Part shown: piece by piece, positions 57,243-64,000 of the stretch
How positions within the stretch are numbered: position 1 is the first letter of the stretch
Layout of the letters: the number at the start of each line of letters is the position of its first letter
Assembly (NCBI GenBank): GCA_964016885.1
Contig: OZ024748.1
Location: forward strand, 59,644,001-59,708,000
Source: Eledone cirrhosa
Lineage: Eukaryota
Direction of reading: 5' to 3'
DNA length: 64,000 nucleotides
Notes under the pieces: generated by a model
The model's database searches: none
Seen by the model: the letters and a program-made list of their open reading frames with translations, nothing else
Told to the model about the DNA's origin: nothing
Position numbers and translations under genes: made by a program

Positions 57243-59732
57243 ATGGCCGCCTTAGCCGGAGCGTCTAGTTTATCAATGCAGTGTAAAATTTGCTGGGGAA
57301 ATTCCGAGAACCCTAGAAAATTATTTTGTGGTCATACATTCTGTTCCAGCTGTATTAATTATTTCACTGAGTCCCTTATTCGGGAAACTGGATTATTAAG
57401 CGATTCACCTCCGCCTTGTCCAATTTGTTATTCTAATAGTCACCTCAGCGTTGACATTAATGGCCAGGAAAAAAGATTGAGAAGATATTCAAATGCTGGT
57501 GGAATACCAAATCGAAGAACTGGTTTAGGTTATTGGTTTGGTCAAAAAGCTAATACTAAGTTTCCCGTATTGGATATCTACATTAGGTCAGCAGAGTCGA
57601 CAAAGTTTCGAAAAACAGTACCAACGAAATTGAAGAATAATAGCAGCTCTGAAAGGTTTATTAATGGTGATAGTCTCTCTCAGAAAAGACGTTTTGTCAG
57701 AATGGAGTGTGTTAATTCTAGAAAATCGAATGACAAGACAACCCCCACCTCCGAAAACGGAACGAAGCCATCAAATCTAAGACTTAGTCTTCGAAGTAAA
57801 CGAATTTTGGAGAGTTTAGAAAGGGCCGAGATAAAATTCTTGCAACCGGATTCTACAATTGATAACACTATTTCTCCAGAAGAACCCGAATTCAAAGACC
57901 CGGTATCGGATGATCAGTTGACAAATGAGATTACCTTTTATTCAGGTAAATCATCACCTGATACTGAGATGTCATTTGGAGCTTCTACCAGGAAAGAAGA
58001 GACCACACTTTACGATATACCATTTAAAGACATCTTTAGCAGTTCAGAAATCTTCTCGACCGAAAGTTCAACAGATCGAATCTCGCCTGTAATTGATAGT
58101 TCGTTTGACTTTGATTTATTCGAAGGCGGCGGACTGTTTTCTGCCAGCGACGGCTATAATTATGCTGATATTTTAAATCTACTGAAAAACGATTTAACGA
58201 CGACTGACAACATTCCAGAAAGTATCGATCTGATGAAATGCAATTGTAGAACCAATCAAGTTAGATCAATATTTTGCCTTACATGTCAACGTTCTGTGTG
58301 TATTCTGTGTATTATTGAAAAACACCAGAACTGCCAAATAAGAATGGATAAAGAGATGGCTACACAGCTGTCTCAGCAACTCGAGATAAAAGCGAATGTT
58401 CTAGAAATTGTGATGTTTGAAACTGGACAACAAATTGAACAATTTAAGGCTAAATGTTTGGATATTTGTAAAGCTGTAAACCAATTAACAGATTTTATCG
58501 TAGATATAATAAAGCGTAAACACCACACACTTATAGAACAGTTAGATAAAAAACACGAGGCTGGTTTAAAAGAGTTGACATCTCAACATTCCAAGTGCAA
58601 AGCAATGAAGATTGCTCTTTCTTCATACTGTAAAATGCTGAAGTCTAGAAACAAAGACAACACCTGTTCATTCTTAGAAGTTAAAGCACCAATTTTGAAA
58701 GAATTTGAAAACAACACGAAAAAATTATATTCACAGCCGTTATTCGAATTAAATATGTTTGTTGTAAGAAGTTTTCTAGAAATGCAGGCACACCCTCTCG
58801 GTTATATAAAGATGAGGGATAACACAAACTTACCGTTGTATCGTACATCATTGCTAACACCATTTCCTCCCAACAGCAATATTTTGGAAGAATGTCTGAA
58901 GGAATGCTCACCAAGAAAGCTGATTGTCTGCGGCACTAAATGTTTGACGGAATCGAACGCCCAAGTAGATATTAACAGCATTGCAATCCTTCCGCAACAA
59001 CGAGTTTTGTTATCGTCACCTAGAAATTACCAAGTGAAACTATTTTCATTTCAAGGAACGTGCCTCGGTGAGTTGAAATTCCCCCACCCTCCGGTTGGCG
59101 TGTGTTTATGGAAGCAGACAGTTCTCTTGGTGACCTTTCCACATGATTCCAAGATTTTGTTTCTTAGTTATGAGCCAGACTTGGCAATAGACGTTACAGT
59201 CTCTACGAAGACAGGATACTTTGGTTTGGCACCAGGGAAAGGCAAAAATTCTAAATATCTCTTTGCAACTGCGCCATCTTCGAGCTGTGTCGACATTCTT
59301 GTGTTTGATGAAATTAAACAGGAATTTATGGTTTCTAAAAAAATTTCCTTAAATATTAAACCATGGGGGTACGCTTGTAATTTGTGTCAAGCTTCTGAGG
59401 AAATGGTTGTTGTCGCTGATTGTTTTCGAAATCGTGTCGCTGCTTTCCATCTAGACGGAACGATTTTGTTTGAAATATACGGCAATGACAAAAACCAACT
59501 TAAATGTCCAGCTGATGTCAGCTCTGATGATATCTCTATCTTTGTCTCTGATGTCGGCAGCAATCGTATTCTACGTTTTGATCTTGATGGTGACTCTATG
59601 AATGTATTGCTGACTTCACAAGATGGGCTCCTCCGACCCAAATCTATAGATATAGATGATATGGGTTACCTCGCTATTTCTCAGTTTACTGAGTGGCCAG
59701 CTTTGTTGATATTTCAAACAATAAAACAATGA
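57243..59732 (+). CDS. TRIM-like E3 ubiquitin ligase: RING, linker, B-box, coiled coil, NHL-like beta-propeller (829 aa, uninterrupted ORF)
   Basis: C3HC4 RING (C14, C17, C29, H31, C34, C37, C59, C62); B-box-like FCLTCQRSVCILCIIEKH; helical coiled-coil region; NHL-like repeats (VVVADCFRNRVAAFHLDG, IFVSDVGSNRILRFDLDG, LLRPKSIDID). Acceptor tttggcAG at 57226; AATAAA at 59770. Confidence 0.88.
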   Translation: MAALAGASSLSMQCKICWGNSENPRKLFCGHTFCSSCINYFTESLIRETGLLSDSPPPCPICYSNSHLSVDINGQEKRLRRYSNAGGIPNRRTGLGYWFGQKANTKFPVLDIYIRSAESTKFRKTVPTKLKNNSSSERFINGDSLSQKRRFVRMECVNSRKSNDKTTPTSENGTKPSNLRLSLRSKRILESLERAEIKFLQPDSTIDNTISPEEPEFKDPVSDDQLTNEITFYSGKSSPDTEMSFGASTRKEETTLYDIPFKDIFSSSEIFSTESSTDRISPVIDSSFDFDLFEGGGLFSASDGYNYADILNLLKNDLTTTDNIPESIDLMKCNCRTNQVRSIFCLTCQRSVCILCIIEKHQNCQIRMDKEMATQLSQQLEIKANVLEIVMFETGQQIEQFKAKCLDICKAVNQLTDFIVDIIKRKHHTLIEQLDKKHEAGLKELTSQHSKCKAMKIALSSYCKMLKSRNKDNTCSFLEVKAPILKEFENNTKKLYSQPLFELNMFVVRSFLEMQAHPLGYIKMRDNTNLPLYRTSLLTPFPPNSNILEECLKECSPRKLIVCGTKCLTESNAQVDINSIAILPQQRVLLSSPRNYQVKLFSFQGTCLGELKFPHPPVGVCLWKQTVLLVTFPHDSKILFLSYEPDLAIDVTVSTKTGYFGLAPGKGKNSKYLFATAPSSSCVDILVFDEIKQEFMVSKKISLNIKPWGYACNLCQASEEMVVVADCFRNRVAAFHLDGTILFEIYGNDKNQLKCPADVSSDDISIFVSDVGSNRILRFDLDGDSMNVLLTSQDGLLRPKSIDIDDMGYLAISQFTEWPALLIFQTIKQ

Positions 59733-59831
59733 CGATATTGCAATTAATTATCTCTGTTAATATGAATTGAATAAAGTTATTTGTTCTAATAACTGGGTTT
59801 TAAGTCTTGTATCCAGTTCTAATGATTAGAC

Positions 59832-60118
59832 CAGGGGTGTGCAACATATTCCATTGTCGGGTCACTAATATTAATTAAGCACTATTCTAAAGATTCACCA
59901 CAACTTCTTTCTAGAACATGGAACTGGGAAATTATAACACAAATAACCCTATCAATGAAGCCCTTTAGTAGAGGTTAACTAACAAAATTGTATTACGGTT
60001 ACGAAAAAAATTCTAAATAAGCCTACAAGGTAAACATTAAAAACGGTTATCACGGGCCACGCTGACTGGTCTGGCGGGCCGGATTGTGGCCAGCGGGCCG
60101 CCTGTTGCACGCCCCCTG
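59832..60118. mobile_element. hAT (Charlie-like) MITE with a perfect 8-bp TSD
   Basis: GATTAGAC|caggggtgtgcaac...gttgcacgccccctg|GATTAGAC. Confidence 0.9.
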
Positions 60119-60934
60119 GATTAGACCTACCAACCTTTAAAAACCCAAACGGGGAGTACCTTGAAGAACAATGCCCCTAAATGGGGAGAAGTGAGGCAAA
60201 ATGGGCATATTTTACATAATGAAAGCTATACCCATTTTTACAACAGAAGACATCTCTCACCCACCTAAAGTGGATGGGGAGAGTTAACAGGTCTGTTAAT
60301 CTAACTGTTGATATTTCTAAAGTTGTGTCAGAGGTCGTAAATGTGACTTTGCATTTCCCTTAATTTTTCCATATTTTTTTATTTTTATTTTTTTTAAAAG
60401 CAAGTTCTGATTACTGCAAAGAATATTAGGAAATTCTATATTAGTCAATTTATATAAGACTGAAATAAGAATTCTTCAAATGTGTTACCCTTGCCCACAA
60501 ATCGAACATTTGAATGATTAACATAAATCCCGCAGCAGTAATTTCTGTATTGAGTGTTTATCGATAGCTTATTTCTTTTGAATCCTGGATAACAATACAA
60601 TTATAAAAGATATTTACTATTCTCTACTTTCTAGTGGAAAAAAAAAAATAGTATCGTCCTACTTCGAGAAAATTGTGCACTGCCTAGTGGTTAGGGTATT
60701 GGTCTCAGGATTGTAAGGTTGTGAGTTCAATCCCCTGATTGGTTGGAATATTGTGTACTTGAGCAATACACTTCATTTGTCGTTGCCTCTGTCCGATCAG
60801 CTAAAAAAAAGAAAATTGAGCAGCAGCAGCCGGGGGGGGGGGGGGGGTAACTTTGCGATTCATTGGCGCCACTATACTATCTCTTAATGCCAATGTGGGG
60901 TGGGGTTTACATTGGCGTCACTTAATACCAATGT

Positions 60935-61335
60935 GGGGTGAGGTAACTTTGTGAGACATTGGCGTCCCTATACTGTCTTTTACTGCCTATGTGGCGTGGG
61001 GCTAACTTTGCGAGACATTGGCGTCACTATATTGTGTCTTAATGCCTGCGGCGTGGGGCTAACTTTGCGAGACATTGGCGTCACTATATTGTGTCTTAAT
61101 GCCTGCGGCGTGGGGCTAACTTTGCGAGACATTGGCGTCACTATATTGTGTTTTAATGCCTGTGGCGTGGGGCTAACTTTGCGAGACATTGGCGTCACTA
61201 TATTGTGTCTTAATGCCTGCGGCGTGGGGCTAACTTTGCGAGACATTGGCGTCACTATATTGTGTCTTAATGCCTGTGGCGTGGGGCTAACTTTGCGAGA
61301 CATTGGCGTCACTATATTGTGTCTTAATGCCAATG
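60935..61335. repeat. 57-bp minisatellite (~6.5 copies)
   Basis: The ORF track repeats every 19 aa. Confidence 0.95.
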
Positions 61336-63124
61336 AAACCGAGTTAAATTGAAGCCTGATGAACTTCTCAAGATGAAAAGACTTTCTCGTCTACCATATC
61401 TATCAAAGCAGTGGGGAGGGGGCACCAAAGGTGTCGTTAGTGCCGGGCGTTCAGAGCCCATGCTGCACCATTTTGCTACGCCTAACACTATATATTTAGC
61501 TACTGTACGTTCTTTCAATATATACAGCACTAAATCTCAGTTATGGAGTGTTTTACAGTAAATATAATACGTAAAGCAAACCTGTCAACTCTCTACATCC
61601 GACGGTGAGATCTCCCACCCACTTTAGGGTGGGTGAGAGTTGTCTTCTCTTGTGAAAATGGGTATAACTTTCATTATGTAAAATCTCCCCAATTTGCCCC
61701 ATTTATACCCGTTTTTGAGCACATTTCTTTTATGGTACCCCCCATTTGGGTTTTTAGAGGTTGGCAGGTCCGTAGAAAGTGTTGCTATCTAGAATATCTT
61801 ATTAGCAATGGAAGTAGCTATAGTGAAAATGTTGTAGCCAGAGTGAGAACAAGGTGGAAAAAGTTCAGCAAGTTACTTCTGGTGACAACTTTTTTTCATG
61901 GTTCTCCCCGTTTGGGTTTTTAGAGGTTGGCAGGTCTGGTACATATATTACGTAAACATCGTTTGCCATTACGTTTCAAAGCGTACTAAAGATTTTGATA
62001 TATTTCTAAATTCTGAAATGGTGTTTAAAACTAATTCCATTACATCTATTTCACTTCTACCAAATATGATTCCTTAACAAAAATAAATTATTATATATAT
62101 TAATAGTGATGTTTTATAAATGAAACTGGAGGTTAAAAGCTGATGAATTTCTCTAGCTTGAAACGCTTTCTGGTTTATCATACCTAATAATTAAAGTGTG
62201 GTGGTGGTCCGTACTATCAGGTGATGTGAGCCCTTGCTACGCTACTTCTAGAGTCAAGTCTATTACCATTACTCCACCTCTTCCAAATATATAGTTCCTT
62301 AGCAAAACTATATTAATATTTACAGGGTGTCCCCAAAAATGTATGCACACTTTGACTACCTGTTCAGGCAATATTTATTAAAATGCACAGCCTTTCCCTA
62401 AAATAAAATAATCTAGATATAATTCAATTGTACGTAATCCCTCCAAAATGTTTACATAATTTAAATAATTGTTTCTACTTTTGGCACAAAAAAAAAAAAA
62501 TAATACATATAAAACAGAATATATTTTAATGCATTTTTTAAAGATTTTGTTGTGTATACATTTTTTGGGGACACCCTGTATTAATAATGACGTTTCATAA
62601 ATGAAACTAAATATTCAATAACAAAAATATATTCTTTGATTAAAATAAAACAAAATGTCTAACAATTATTCCGTATATCCATAAATATTTCTGCTAACTT
62701 TAACGAAGAATGTTTGATTTATGAGTAGAATTCTTCAGTTCAATTGCTGGTCAATAGAATGCATGTATTGGCTTTGTTGGACCCGATTCTGCATTAGTAG
62801 ATCCCAAATCAAAAGCGGCAGTTTCAGGTCCTCCCTCGTCGGGGATCTTCCAATGTTTTTCTCAAATTTAGGAAAAAATGTCACAGAAGAATGTTATATT
62901 TTATTTAAATTCCATAAAATAGGAGTAATTTATTTAAGAGTTGAAACTTATTATGAAGATTGAAACAAAAAAAGAACTCACATACACACACAATTGCACG
63001 CATGCGCGCGAACACAATAACCTCTCCTCCTCCCCACTAACCAAATGTGTGATTTGTGTTTTTCTGTGACGCACAGTAACATTCTCGCCTCTGATTTTTA
63101 TTGTCATTTACCGTTTTTCTCAGG

Positions 63125-63585
63125 AGTAACACCAAGAACTATCAGAAATAATTACACAATAAAAGACAGGCTGGGAGTTAATATTACAATTATACAACTT
63201 CTCCAGAATTACTGACTCCAAACGTTTATTTACGTCATTCGCCAACTGGAAAACAAACAAAAACAAACTCTAGTGTCACCCAGCAATTGACTGGTACTTT
63301 ATTTTATCGACCTCGAAAGTATGAAAGGCAAAGTTGGCCTCAGTAGAAATTGAACGCAGAACGTAACCCACAATTCAACAATGAGAAAATTAGTTATATG
63401 ACAAATCCCAGCAAATTCTTGATTATTTTTAACACCGAGAACTATCAGAAATAATTATACAGTAAAAGACAGACTGGAAGTTAATATTACAATTATCCAA
63501 CTTTTCCAGAGCTGCTGATTCCAAAGGTTTATTCATGTCATTCGCCAACTGGAAAAAAAATTAAAAAAACTCTCGTGTCACCCAA
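63125..63585. repeat. Local direct duplication (~155 bp) separated by a SINE fragment
   Basis: aacacc.agaactatcagaaataatta...ttcgccaactggaaaa...gtgtcaccca occurs at 63128 and 63431. Confidence 0.8.
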
Positions 63586-64000
63586 TTCTCGGCTGGATGA
63601 GTTGGCTACTTAGCTGTCAGTCTATCTGTCTGGTTTATTGGTTGGTTAATGAATTCACCTGGAATAAAAACAATTACAGATAATTATAATTAAGGTAGGT
63701 TATTTAACATATATTCTATCACTTTGCCAGGTGTTCAATAAACTAACACAATTTAATTAAAAAAAGCAAAGACAGAAAAAAGAAATGCGACTTTATTTAA
63801 CCAATTGTTTATTTTAAAGTTAAAATATTTCTTTTTAAAACAACAGCAATCTTTTGAGAACAAATTAGTAATCAAATTTGATTGCCTGTCAAAATATATC
63901 CGGATTTGAGAAGAGGTGGGGTGTTACAGAAGAAGAAAATGGGAAGATAAAAAAGACAGGTTATTTTTTTCTGTTTTATTCGCGTTTTGTGTAGGTGCAT

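Noticed and set aside
61354-61395. CTGATGA...GAAA motif (also 62140-62170)
   Set aside because: No convincing stem II, stem III or UH plus stem I.

Overview
This is AT-rich, repeat-dense eukaryotic (metazoan) DNA. The (TA)n-rich landscape and the tRNA-derived SINEs with RTE tails suggest an octopus or other cephalopod (inference). Three host genes can be read by hand. (1) The 5' part of CDK2 lies on the minus strand (exon 1 at 10671-10786, PSTAIRE exon at 41-118, E2F sites upstream); the ORF track misses it. (2) A complete 7-exon SLC35B1 (315 aa) lies on the plus strand at 21600-33345. (3) A single-ORF RING/B-box/coiled-coil/NHL-like TRIM gene lies at 57243-59732. The rest is microsatellites, minisatellites, SINEs, MITEs and fragments of RTE, CR1, CRE-like, Penelope, piggyBac and mariner elements. 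The main finding is a set of six minimal type-I hammerhead ribozyme motifs at five loci, each with a palindromic, dimer-forming stem III. Most are followed by AATAAA, and two compatible copies lie sense in CDK2 intron 1. The same intron holds a frame-preserving 63-nt candidate cassette exon that would insert 21 aa just before the PSTAIRE helix. All calls were made by eye, with no database searches.
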